Origin: Candidatus Limnocylindria bacterium
GTDB taxonomy: Bacteria; Chloroflexota; Limnocylindria; Limnocylindrales; CSP1-4
Assembly: GCA_041483455.1 (NCBI GenBank)
Contig: JBGPFS010000002.1
Span: forward strand, 1-39,263
Length of the DNA: 39,263 bases
Direction: 5' to 3'
The notes under the pieces are model-generated. The model saw nothing but the letters and a program-made list of their open reading frames with translations. It made no database searches and was not told the DNA's origin. Shown piece by piece: positions 17,056 through 25,562 of the stretch (the stretch's first letter is position 1; each line of letters starts with the position of its first letter). Made by a program: the position numbers and the translations under genes.

Positions 17056-17478
17056 CTACGCCAGGCCGAGCTCGTCGAGGCGGTCGTCGTCGATGCCGAG
17101 GTGGTGAGCCAGCTCGTGGATCACCGTCCGCCGGACCTCTTCCTCGAGCTCGACGAGGTCGGGGAAGTCATCCTCGAGCGGGAGCCGGAAGAGGCTGATC
17201 TTGTTCGGGAACGGGACCAGGTCGGCGCCGTATTCGGTCCGCGGCGTCCCCTCGTAGAGGCCGTAGAGCGTGTCGTCGGGGTCGTCGGGGTCGATCCCAG
17301 CCTCGTCGAGCTGATCGTCGCCCGGCTCGTCCTCGATGACGATGGCGACCTCGGCGAGGGCTGCCCGGAACGGGGCGGGGATCGTCGCGAGCGCTCGCTC
17401 CACGAGCCGGTCGAACCGGTCGTGAGCCGGTGCGCGGTGGGGTCGCTGGTGCCGCGAGCCGCGCCGTCGTTTCGCCAT
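17056..17478 (-). CDS. Small zincin-like metallopeptidase-family protein (HExxH)
   Basis: 140 aa with an acidic middle region and the C-terminal motif RTVIHELAHHLG. Confidence 0.8.
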   Translation of the reverse strand: MAKRRRGSRHQRPHRAPAHDRFDRLVERALATIPAPFRAALAEVAIVIEDEPGDDQLDEAGIDPDDPDDTLYGLYEGTPRTEYGADLVPFPNKISLFRLPLEDDFPDLVELEEEVRRTVIHELAHHLGIDDDRLDELGLA

Positions 17479-17486
17479 CGTGCCCG

Positions 17487-17493
17487 TATCCTA
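17487..17493. promoter_or_regulatory. Symmetric -10 element TATCCTA shared by two divergent near-leaderless genes (bidirectional promoter)
   Basis: Plus strand: TATCCT (17487-92) lies 7 nt before ATG 17500. Minus strand: TAGGAT (17493-88) lies 9 nt before ATG 17478. The whole intergenic region is 21 bp. Confidence 0.55.
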
Positions 17494-17499
17494 CGGCCG

Positions 17500-18474
17500 A
17501 TGGACCCACGTTCCCGCGCCCCGGCGCCGGTGCCGCCTCCCGACATCGAGGCCGAACCGGACGGCTATCTCGTGGAGGTCGGGCCCGCGGAACGGATCCA
17601 CTTCCTCGACTGGGGCGGGCCGGCGCCCTGGGGGGTCGACGAGACCGTCGCAGCCGAGCCGTCCGACGCTGCCGAGGCGGCAGGCGGCTCGCCGGTCCTG
17701 CTCATCCACGGCCTCAAGGCGACCGCCTGGAGCTGGACCGCGGTGGCTCGTCGCCTCCGCCGCGTCCGGCGGGTGGTCGCGCTCGACCTGCGCGGGCACG
17801 GCCTGTCCGATGCGCCGACCGAGGGCTACACGCGGGACCGCCTCGCTGACGACGTCATCGCGGTCGTGGACGGGGCGATCGGTGCGGGATCCCGGGTCGT
17901 GCTCGTCGGGCATGGCTACGGCGGGATCGTCGCAGCCTGGGCCGCCGAGCGCCTCGGCGACCGGTGCCTCGGGCTCGTCCTCGTCGACGGTGGCTGGCAG
18001 GATCTCGCCGCTGAGACGGGCCTGGCCCCGGACGAGTGGCTGCGCGACCTCGAGGAGCCGCCCGAGGTCCTGCGCTCGATGCGGGCGTTCCTGGTCGACC
18101 GGTCCGCCTTCGACCCCGCTAGCTGGGATGCCGACGAGGAGCGGGCGGCCCGGGCGACGGTCGTCGAGGTCCCGGCCGGCAAGCTGGTTCCCGCCGTCCG
18201 GCCACATGCCCTCGCCGGGTCGGTCGAGGCGATCTTCGCCTACCGACCCGAGCTGGTCCTCCCGGGGCTGAGCGGGCCGATCGTCGCGGTCGTAGCCGCG
18301 GAGGACGAGGAGGCTCGGAAGCGGCCGGCCCTCGCGGCGCTGGATCGGCTCAGGCGGCTGGCCGGCCGGCCGGCGATCGTCGTCGTCGACCTGCCGGATG
18401 CGGGCCATAACCTGCCCCGCTACCGACCGGCCGAGGTCGCAGGCGCGATCCTCGGGGTACCATCCGCCCGATGA
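17500..18474 (+). CDS. Alpha/beta-hydrolase-fold protein lacking the nucleophile serine (GHGYG)
   Basis: Track ORF 17101..18474 trimmed to ATG 17500. Motifs are [16 protein letters not shown], the elbow VLVGHGYGG (Gly where Ser is expected), and DAGHNLP. Confidence 0.8.
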   Translation: MDPRSRAPAPVPPPDIEAEPDGYLVEVGPAERIHFLDWGGPAPWGVDETVAAEPSDAAEAAGGSPVLLIHGLKATAWSWTAVARRLRRVRRVVALDLRGHGLSDAPTEGYTRDRLADDVIAVVDGAIGAGSRVVLVGHGYGGIVAAWAAERLGDRCLGLVLVDGGWQDLAAETGLAPDEWLRDLEEPPEVLRSMRAFLVDRSAFDPASWDADEERAARATVVEVPAGKLVPAVRPHALAGSVEAIFAYRPELVLPGLSGPIVAVVAAEDEEARKRPALAALDRLRRLAGRPAIVVVDLPDAGHNLPRYRPAEVAGAILGVPSAR

Positions 18475-19223
18475 GCCAGACGCATCGACCGGGCCAGCCG
18501 AGCGGCCCCAGCGCCGGGGATCCACCGGCGCGAGCACACGACCTGCCGCCCCACGTCCGGGCGATCGTCGACGAGATCGAGACCGAGATCGGCGACGCCT
18601 CCTCGAGCCTCCGCGCGGAGTCCCTCATCGAGGGCGGCGCCGGTCGCGGCGGCGGCAACGGCCGCGTGGAGGCAGCGGTCCGGGAGATCCTGGTCGAGAT
18701 CGGCGAGGATCCCGATCGCGCCGGGCTTCTCGGGACACCCGAGCGGGTCCACCGGATGTACACGGAGCTGACCGCCGGCTACCACGTCGACCCGGACCGG
18801 CTGGTCAACGGGGCCATCTTCGAGGTGGCCTACAGCGAGATGGTGGTCGTTAAGGCCATCCCGTTCTACTCGCTGTGCGAGCATCATCTCCTGCCGTTCT
18901 TCGGCACGGCAGCCGTCGCCTACATCCCGCGCGGCCGGGTGGTCGGGCTCTCGAAGATCCCCCGCATCGTCGAGATGTTCGCTCGCCGTCTCCAGGTTCA
19001 GGAGCGGCTGACCGAGGAGATCGCCGAGTTCCTCCAGACTCGCCTGGAGCCGCAGGGCGTGGGAGTCGTGATCGAGGCGACCCACCTGTGCGCCGTCATG
19101 CGGGGCGTCCGCAAGCCGGGCACCGTGATGACGACATCCGCGGTCCTGGGCCTCTTCCGGACTCGCGACCGGACCCGGGCGGAGTTCTTCGCCCACCTCG
19201 CCCGACCGGCCCCGGGGGCGTAG
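18471..19223 (+). CDS. folE: GTP cyclohydrolase I
   Basis: Motifs are [32 protein letters not shown] and [26 protein letters not shown] 18471 overlaps the upstream stop (ATGA) and gives a ~65-aa N-terminal extension. In-frame GTG 18666 is the alternative start. Confidence 0.9.
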   Translation: MSQTHRPGQPSGPSAGDPPARAHDLPPHVRAIVDEIETEIGDASSSLRAESLIEGGAGRGGGNGRVEAAVREILVEIGEDPDRAGLLGTPERVHRMYTELTAGYHVDPDRLVNGAIFEVAYSEMVVVKAIPFYSLCEHHLLPFFGTAAVAYIPRGRVVGLSKIPRIVEMFARRLQVQERLTEEIAEFLQTRLEPQGVGVVIEATHLCAVMRGVRKPGTVMTTSAVLGLFRTRDRTRAEFFAHLARPAPGA

Positions 19224-19252
19224 GCGCGAGGCCTCCAGCGCGGCCAAGAGGC

Positions 19253-19258
19253 TAAGAT
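19253..19258 (+). promoter_or_regulatory. Predicted -10 (TAAGAT) of a leaderless promoter for the B12-subunit/meaB/hbd/acd operon
   Basis: The sequence reads TAAGAT-gaggcc-ATG(19265), a 6-nt spacer. Confidence 0.55.
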
Positions 19259-19264
19259 GAGGCC

Positions 19265-19669
19265 ATGACCGACCGCCCGATCAAGGTCCTCATCGCCAAG
19301 CCCGGTCTCGACGGCCACGACCGCGGCGCGAAGGTGCTCGCCCGCGGGCTCCGCGACGAGGGCTTCGAGGTCGTCTACACCGGGCTCCGCCAGACCCCCG
19401 AGATGATCGCGACGGCTGCCCTCCAGGAAGACGTCGACGTCGTGGGGCTGTCGATCCTGTCGGGGGCCCACATGACCCTGCTGCCCCGGATCTGCGAGAT
19501 GCTTCGGGCGAACGGCCTCGACGACATCCTGGTGACCGCGGGCGGGATCATCCCCGACGACGACATCCCGGCCCTCAAGACGGCCGGCGTGGCCGAGGTG
19601 TTCGGGCCCGGCACGACGATCGGCGAGGTGGCTGCGTTCCTCCGGGCGAACGCCCGTCCGCGCGACTGA
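19265..19669 (+). CDS. Cobalamin-binding small subunit of the acyl-CoA mutase
   Basis: 134 aa with [32 protein letters not shown], the DxHxxG B12-binding motif, and GLSILSGAH. Confidence 0.9.
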   Translation: MTDRPIKVLIAKPGLDGHDRGAKVLARGLRDEGFEVVYTGLRQTPEMIATAALQEDVDVVGLSILSGAHMTLLPRICEMLRANGLDDILVTAGGIIPDDDIPALKTAGVAEVFGPGTTIGEVAAFLRANARPRD

Positions 19670-19670
19670 C

Positions 19671-20747
19671 GTGGTCGCCCCGGCAGCGGAGGCCGAGGCG
19701 CGGGCCGCCGAGCTCGCCGACGCCGCGACCGCCGGAGACCGCCGTGCCCTGGCCCGCCTTCTGACCGCGGTGGAGAACCGCACGCCCGTGGCGGAGGCGG
19801 CCCTTCGGAGGCTCTATCCGCAGGCCGGACGGGCGCACCTCGTCGGCGTCACGGGGCCGCCCGGCGCCGGCAAGTCGACCCTCGTCGCCGCGCTCATCGC
19901 CGAGGTCCGCAAGGTCGGTCGGCCCGTGGCGGTCGTGGCGGTCGACCCGTCCAGCCCGATCACCGGCGGTGCGATCCTCGGCGACCGGGTCCGGATGCAG
20001 GCCTACGCCGCCGATCGCGACGTGTTCATCCGCTCGATGGCGGCGCGCGGCCACGCCGGCGGCCTCGCCTCGACGACCGGCGCCGCCTGTGCCGTCCTCG
20101 ATGCCGCCGGGTTCGACCTCATCCTGATCGAGACGGTCGGGACCGGCCAGAGCGAGGTCGAGGTGGCGGCGACGGCCGACACGACGATCGTCCTCGAGGC
20201 GCCCGAGATGGGCGACGAGATCCAGGCGATCAAGGCCGGGCTCCTCGAGGTGGCCGACCTCGTCGTGGTCAACAAGGGCGACCGACCCGGGGCCCAGCGG
20301 ACGGCCAGCCAGCTCCGGGCGATGCTCGGCGGCGTGCCACGGGTCCTCGAGGGGCCGGGCCACCCCGCGGGCGATGTCCCGGATCCGGGTCGAGCGCGGC
20401 CGAAGCGCCCGGAGATCCTGATCACGACCGCCGCCACCGGCGCGGGGGTCCCGGAACTCCTGGCGGCCCTGGATCGGCACCGGTCCGTGGCCCGGGCGAC
20501 GGGTGACGGGACCGCCCGGCGGGCTCGGGCAGAGGCCCAGGTCCGGGCGATCCTGGCCGACCGGCTGGCGGACCGGCTGAGGGGGGCGGGCCTGGCCGTG
20601 GAGGCGGACGCAGCCTACGCGGCGGTCGCCGACCATCGGCTCGACCCGTACGCTGCGGCCGACCGCTTGCTCGGCGCGATCGTGTCCGGGGAGGATCCGG
20701 ATCGGGTGTCGGAGGCAGTGCGACGAGCATCGGAGGGACCGGGATGA
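19671..20747 (+). CDS. meaB: MeaB/ArgK-type G-protein chaperone of B12 mutases
   Basis: P-loop GPPGAGKST, switch IETVGTGQSE, and NKGD. GTG 19671 lies 1 nt after the upstream stop. Confidence 0.9.
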   Translation: MVAPAAEAEARAAELADAATAGDRRALARLLTAVENRTPVAEAALRRLYPQAGRAHLVGVTGPPGAGKSTLVAALIAEVRKVGRPVAVVAVDPSSPITGGAILGDRVRMQAYAADRDVFIRSMAARGHAGGLASTTGAACAVLDAAGFDLILIETVGTGQSEVEVAATADTTIVLEAPEMGDEIQAIKAGLLEVADLVVVNKGDRPGAQRTASQLRAMLGGVPRVLEGPGHPAGDVPDPGRARPKRPEILITTAATGAGVPELLAALDRHRSVARATGDGTARRARAEAQVRAILADRLADRLRGAGLAVEADAAYAAVADHRLDPYAAADRLLGAIVSGEDPDRVSEAVRRASEGPG

Positions 20748-21613
20748 GCATCGAGCGGATCTTCGTGGCGGGGGCGGGGCTGATGGGCCACGGGATCGGC
20801 CAGGTCCACGCGGCGGTCGGCAAGCGGGTGACCCTCTACGAGCCGGACCTGTCCCGGGCGGTCGCCGGCCGGGACAGGATCGCCGGCAATCTCGAGCGCG
20901 CGGTCGCCAAGGGGAAGCTCTCCGACGAGGAGCGGTCGGCGATCCTCGAGCGGGTGAGCGCCACCGACGACCTCGATGAGGTCGCCGACGTGGACCTCGT
21001 CGTCGAGGCGGTCTTCGAGGATGTCGCGGTGAAGACGGCCCTCTGGGCGGAGCTCGACCGGCGAGCCCAGGGCTCGACGATCTGCGCCTCGAACACGAGC
21101 TCGATCTCGATCGACCGCCTGGCACAGGCCGTCGCGCCGGCTCGCCGCGAGCGGTTCGTCGGGATGCACTTCTTCAGTCCCGTCCCGGTGATGCCGCTGG
21201 TCGAGCTGATCCGCGGCTCGGCCACCTCGGACGCGACGGAAGCCGCCATCCGGGCCCTGTCGGGGGAGCTCGGCAAGCAGGTGATCGTCTCGGCCGACCG
21301 GCCCGGGTTCATCGTCAACCGGACCCTCATGCCGTTCCTGGCCGAGGCGATGCGCGGCTTCGAGGAGGGCCTCGGGAGCGCCGACGACATCGACACGGGG
21401 GCCCGGGTCGGCCTGAACCACCCGATGGGCCCGCTCGAGCTGGCCGACTTCATCGGGCTCGACGTCTGCCTGGGCGTCATGCGGGTCCTCCACGAGGGAC
21501 TCGGCCGGGAGCAGTTCCAGCCGCCGAGAGTGCTCGAGGAGCTCGTCGCCGCCGGGCACCTCGGCCAGAAGACGGGCCGGGGGTTCCACGCTTACCCGAG
21601 GCCGCCGAAATGA
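20744..21613 (+). CDS. 3-hydroxybutyryl-CoA (3-hydroxyacyl-CoA) dehydrogenase
   Basis: Rossmann motif VAGAGLMGHGIG, then NTSSISI, HFFSPVPVMPLVELI and GFIVNR. ATGA overlap with the meaB stop. Confidence 0.9.
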   Translation: MSIERIFVAGAGLMGHGIGQVHAAVGKRVTLYEPDLSRAVAGRDRIAGNLERAVAKGKLSDEERSAILERVSATDDLDEVADVDLVVEAVFEDVAVKTALWAELDRRAQGSTICASNTSSISIDRLAQAVAPARRERFVGMHFFSPVPVMPLVELIRGSATSDATEAAIRALSGELGKQVIVSADRPGFIVNRTLMPFLAEAMRGFEEGLGSADDIDTGARVGLNHPMGPLELADFIGLDVCLGVMRVLHEGLGREQFQPPRVLEELVAAGHLGQKTGRGFHAYPRPPK

Positions 21614-22914
21614 GCGAAGGTCCGGGCGGAGGCCGGGGCGAGGGCCCGGGTCGGGCGGCCGGCTCCGGCTCGAGTGGCGCCCGGGCCATCAGCCGCACGG
21701 GGGTCCGGGCCACGAGCCCGACCGGCGGGCTGACCGAGGAGGAGCGCCTCCTGCGGACGACCGCCCGCGAGTTCGCGGAGCGGGAGGTCGCGCCGACGGC
21801 GGCGGAGCGCGACGAGACCGAGCGGTTCGACCGATCCCTGTTCGCCCGGATGGGCGAGCTCGGCCTGACCGCGGCCCCGTTCCCCGAGTCGGTCGGCGGA
21901 GCGGGCTTCAGCTACCTCGGCTGGGCGCTCGCGATGGAGGAGATCGCCGCGGCCGACATGGCGACGGCGATCACCCTGTCTGTCCACATCCTGAGTCAGT
22001 TCCCCGTCCTGACCTGGGGCACCGACGAGCAACGGGGGCGCTGGCTCCCGGCGATGCTCGCGGGTGAGGCGATGGGCGCCTTCGCCCTGACCGAACCGGC
22101 GGCCGGATCCGACGCCGCGGCGATCCGGACCCGCGCCACCCGCCACGCGGCCGACGGGACGGAGCTCCCGGCCGATGCTCCCGCCGAGGCCGTCGCCGAG
22201 TACCGGCTGACCGGCACGAAGATCTGGATCTCGAACGCACCGGAGGCAGAGCGCTACCTCGTCTTCGCGACGCTGGATCCGGAGCTCGGCCGGGCGGGGA
22301 TCAGCGCGTTCCTGATGGAGCGCGGCAGCCCCGGCTTCCGGTTCGGTGCCCACGAGAAGAAGATGGGGATCCGCAGCTGTCCGGCGGCCGAGCTGGTCTT
22401 CGAGAACGCGGTCGTGCCGGCCGCCGATCGGCTCGGCGGGGAGGGGGAGGGCTACCGGATCGCGCTGTCGGCCCTCGGCGAGGGGCGGATCTCCATCGCC
22501 GCCGCTTGCGTCGGCCTGGCCCGCTCGGCGCTCGAGCAGTCCGCGGCGTACCTGCTGCAGCGGCGCGCCTTCGGCGGGCCGCTCGCCGACCAGCAGGGTC
22601 TGCGGTTCACCCTGGCCGAGATGGCCCGCGATATCGCGGCCGCCCGGGCGCTGACCCACGAGGCGGCCCGGGCGAAGGATCGCGGCGAGCCGATCGCCGA
22701 GGCCTCGTCGCTCGCGAAGTGGTCCGCGTCCGATGCGGCGATGCGCGTGACGACCGATGCCGTCCAGCTCTTCGGGGCCAGCGGCTACTCGCGCGAGACG
22801 GGGATCGAGCGGCTGATGCGCGACGCCAAGGGCGCCCAGATCTACGAGGGCACGAACCAGATCCACCGCCTGATCGTCGCCGACGAGCTGCTCAAGCGGG
22901 TCGGTCCAGGCTGA
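21610..22914 (+). CDS. Acyl-CoA dehydrogenase (short-chain/butyryl-CoA dehydrogenase-like)
   Basis: Motifs are AFALTEPAAGSDAAA, KIWISNA and GAQIYEGTNQIHR (catalytic Glu). ATGA overlap with the hbd stop gives a ~40-aa Gly/Ser-rich N-terminal extension. Confidence 0.9.
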   Translation: MSEGPGGGRGEGPGRAAGSGSSGARAISRTGVRATSPTGGLTEEERLLRTTAREFAEREVAPTAAERDETERFDRSLFARMGELGLTAAPFPESVGGAGFSYLGWALAMEEIAAADMATAITLSVHILSQFPVLTWGTDEQRGRWLPAMLAGEAMGAFALTEPAAGSDAAAIRTRATRHAADGTELPADAPAEAVAEYRLTGTKIWISNAPEAERYLVFATLDPELGRAGISAFLMERGSPGFRFGAHEKKMGIRSCPAAELVFENAVVPAADRLGGEGEGYRIALSALGEGRISIAAACVGLARSALEQSAAYLLQRRAFGGPLADQQGLRFTLAEMARDIAAARALTHEAARAKDRGEPIAEASSLAKWSASDAAMRVTTDAVQLFGASGYSRETGIERLMRDAKGAQIYEGTNQIHRLIVADELLKRVGPG

Positions 22915-22920
22915 GGGCGG

Positions 22921-22941
22921 CGTCCGGCTCCGGGCCGGGCG
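22921..22941 (+). terminator. Hairpin 7 nt after the acyl-CoA dehydrogenase stop
   Basis: CGTCCGGC-tccgg-GCCGGGCG forms an 8-bp stem with one G-U pair. About 470 bp of ORF-free DNA follows. Confidence 0.45.
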
Positions 22942-23410
22942 ACCCTTGACGTCGCGTCCTGAGTGGCTGATGGTCGTCACAGCGACGCAGGCATGAGGTG
23001 GGGCGATGTTCCGCCCACGACGGTCTCCCGAACGCACGAGCCTGAGCGGTCCTCACCGGTTCATGGGGCCGCCGGACCCTCGTCTTGGTCTCGCACTCGG
23101 CGCGGGGCAGAGCGCCGGACGCGGCGGTCCCGGTTCATCGATCGGGGCGGCGCTCATCGCAGGGGCCAGCACTCGGCCTGTTCGGTGTGCGCTGTCTGGC
23201 TGCGGCAAGGAGCGCGAGGACCCGATCCACTGGCCGGCTGAGTAGCCGCTTCGAGGTCCGGCCGAGTTTCATTCACCGGCTCTGAGCGACGACCCGGCGA
23301 TCCGGCGATCCTGCCATCGGTCTGCCCAGTACGCCTTCGGCACCGATTCGCGGCATGTCGAGCGCCTGCGCGGCACGCGGCACGCGCCCGGCCGCCTGAA
23401 CCGTGGTCCG

Positions 23411-24151
23411 CTACGCACGGAGATCAGGCCCCGCTCGGCGGGAGACTCGGCGGACGGGCGCAAGATCCCGACCGAGGCGCACCTGGTGGACCGCTGGCAG
23501 GAAGCTCAGGGCGGCCATCGGTCCGGAGGGTCGCCGCAGCCACGCATGCACGGTGCGGCCATCGAGCGGGAACTTCGCCCGGAGCACCGTCTCGTGAGCC
23601 GCCAAGGCTCGCCGGTTCGTGCGCCCGTCCGCAACGACCACCCACGTCGCGATCGCCGTCGGAGCCCAGCTCCGCTCACTGGCGATCACGGCCGCAAGAC
23701 GTCCCTTTCGATCGATCGAGCCCATCAGTTCGTTGAGGTCGACGAGCTCGGTCTTCAGCTCGATCACGAGGAGCGCCCGCCGACCTGGATGCCAGGCCAG
23801 GATGTCGATCACCCCGCGTTCGCCGTAGATCGAGAACGAGACTTCGGGCTGGGCCACCCAGCCGCCCAGCGAGCCGAGCAGCCGGGCCATCGCCTCGTGC
23901 ATCGCCGCATGGCGGGCGTTCACGAGCCGGCCGAGATCGCCACCCTGCCAGCGGACCACCGTCTCGAAACGGGCGTCCGTGGCGGCGGCCACCCGCCGGA
24001 TGAGCCCGAGCGGGACGGTCTCCAGCCGGCCGTGCTCGATCCGGCCGACGATCGTGCGGGAGACCTTCGCCCGCTCGGCGAGGTCGATCTGTCGCCAGCG
24101 CCTCCGAACCCGGATCGCGCGAAGCGCCATCCCAGCGCGCTGATCGTCCAT
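23411..24151 (-). CDS. XRE-type HTH protein fused to a PD-(D/E)xK-like nuclease core
   Basis: Track ORF 23411..24178(-). HTH: LRAIRVRRRWRQIDLAERAKVSRTIVGRIEHG. The C-terminal part has GERGVIDILAW...ALLVIELKTEL (D...ExK). I prefer ATG 24151 as the start (TACGAT-N6-ATG); ATG 24178 is the alternative. Confidence 0.8.
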   Translation of the reverse strand: MDDQRAGMALRAIRVRRRWRQIDLAERAKVSRTIVGRIEHGRLETVPLGLIRRVAAATDARFETVVRWQGGDLGRLVNARHAAMHEAMARLLGSLGGWVAQPEVSFSIYGERGVIDILAWHPGRRALLVIELKTELVDLNELMGSIDRKGRLAAVIASERSWAPTAIATWVVVADGRTNRRALAAHETVLRAKFPLDGRTVHAWLRRPSGPMAALSFLPAVHQVRLGRDLAPVRRVSRRAGPDLRA

Positions 24152-24157
24152 TCCCGC

Positions 24158-24163
24158 ATCGTA
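24158..24163 (-). promoter_or_regulatory. Predicted -10 (TACGAT) of a leaderless promoter for the HTH-nuclease gene
   Basis: Minus strand reads TACGAT-gcggga-ATG(24151), a 6-nt spacer. Confidence 0.5.
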
Positions 24164-24198
24164 GAGGGGCGCCCTCATCCGGGCCGCTCCGCCCGGTG

Positions 24199-24204
24199 TA
24201 GATT
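24199..24204 (+). promoter_or_regulatory. Predicted -10 (TAGATT) of a leaderless promoter for the thiolase gene
   Basis: The sequence reads TAGATT-ccggcc-ATG(24211), a 6-nt spacer. Confidence 0.55.
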
Positions 24205-24210
24205 CCGGCC

Positions 24211-25449
24211 ATGTCCGACCAGCCCGGTGGCCCGAACGGCCACGCCTATCTCGTCAGCGCCATGCGGACGCCGATCGGACGGTTCGGCGGGGGCCTCTCG
24301 ACCGTCCCGGCGGTCGAGCTCGGCGGGGTCGCGATCCGGGCCGCGGTCGAGCGGGCAGCCATCCCCGAGGGGACGCCGATCGACGAGGTCCTGATGGGCC
24401 AGGTCCTCCAGGCCGGGGTCGGCCAGGCGCCGGCTCGACAGGCGGCGCTCCGGGCCGGCCTTGCGGCCTCGACCAGCGCGACCACCGTCAACCGCGTCTG
24501 CGGTTCGGGCCTCAAGGCGATCATGCTGGCGGCCGCGGAGGTCCGCGTCGGCGACGCCGACCTGGCCGTGGCGGGCGGCATGGAGAGCATGAACCTGGCC
24601 CCGTACCTCCTCCCGAACGCCCGCTACGGGTACCGCCTCGGCGACGGCACGCTCGTCGACAGCACGGTCCACGACGGCCTGTGGTGCGCGATCGAGGGCT
24701 GCCACATGGGCACCCACGCCGAGCGGGTCGCGATCCGCGACCGGGTCAGCCGCGCCGACCAGGACGGGTTCGCGCTCGCCAGCCAGCAACGGGCGATCGC
24801 CGCGATCGACGCCGGGCGATTCGCCGACGAGCTCGTCCCGGTCACGGTTCGGGATGCGAAGGGCCGCGATACGGTCGTCGATACCGACGAGAATCCGCGT
24901 CGCGACAGCACGCTCGAGGCGCTCGCCAGGCTCAAGCCCGCCTTCGACCTGCCGGACGGCGAGGACCGCGGCGACGCGACCGGCGGCACCGTCACTGCCG
25001 GGAACGCTCCGGGCATCACCGACGGGGCGGCCGCGACGATCGTCGCCTCGGAGCGGGCCGTCGAGCGGTATGGGCTGCGACCCCTCGCCCGGATCGTCGG
25101 CTATGCGCAGGCCGAGGTCGAGCCCAAGTGGCTCTTCCTCGCCCCGGTGGCCGGGGTGCGCCGGCTGCTGGAGCGGGTCGAACTGCCGCTCGAGGCGTTC
25201 GACCTCATCGAGATCAACGAGGCGTTCGCCGCCCAGGTCCTGGCCGACGGCCGCGAGCTCGGGTTCGACTGGTCGAAGGTCAACGTGAACGGCGGCGCGA
25301 TCGCCCTGGGCCACCCGATCGGCGCGTCGGGGGCGCGGATCGTCGCCACGCTCCTCCACGAGCTCCGGCGGCGCGCCGGCCGCTACGGGCTCGCAACGCT
25401 CTGCCTGGGGGGCGGCGGCTCGGTCGCGATGGCCTTCGAGCGCGTCTGA
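24211..25449 (+). CDS. Acetyl-CoA C-acetyltransferase (thiolase II)
   Basis: VNRVCGSGLKA carries the active-site Cys. NGGAIALGHPIGASGARI and the C-terminal LCLGGGG are also present. Confidence 0.9.
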   Translation: MSDQPGGPNGHAYLVSAMRTPIGRFGGGLSTVPAVELGGVAIRAAVERAAIPEGTPIDEVLMGQVLQAGVGQAPARQAALRAGLAASTSATTVNRVCGSGLKAIMLAAAEVRVGDADLAVAGGMESMNLAPYLLPNARYGYRLGDGTLVDSTVHDGLWCAIEGCHMGTHAERVAIRDRVSRADQDGFALASQQRAIAAIDAGRFADELVPVTVRDAKGRDTVVDTDENPRRDSTLEALARLKPAFDLPDGEDRGDATGGTVTAGNAPGITDGAAATIVASERAVERYGLRPLARIVGYAQAEVEPKWLFLAPVAGVRRLLERVELPLEAFDLIEINEAFAAQVLADGRELGFDWSKVNVNGGAIALGHPIGASGARIVATLLHELRRRAGRYGLATLCLGGGGSVAMAFERV

Positions 25450-25562
25450 CCGTCGAACACGCCGAAGACGCGGCAACCCGCCTACCGCCCGAACGGCTGC
25501 CGCCCGAACGACCGCCCGACATCCCGCCATCGAACCACCGCCAGTCGAGGAGCAGCCGACCG

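Noticed and set aside
18471-18665. N-terminal low-complexity extensions created by ATGA-coupled starts (FolE ~65 aa, acyl-CoA dehydrogenase ~40 aa at 21610-21730, nitroreductase ~30 aa).
   Set aside because: I considered them as possible targeting or regulatory tails. They are more simply explained by start-codon uncertainty (e.g. GTG 18666 for folE) or tolerated disordered N-termini, and I found no shared motif among them.
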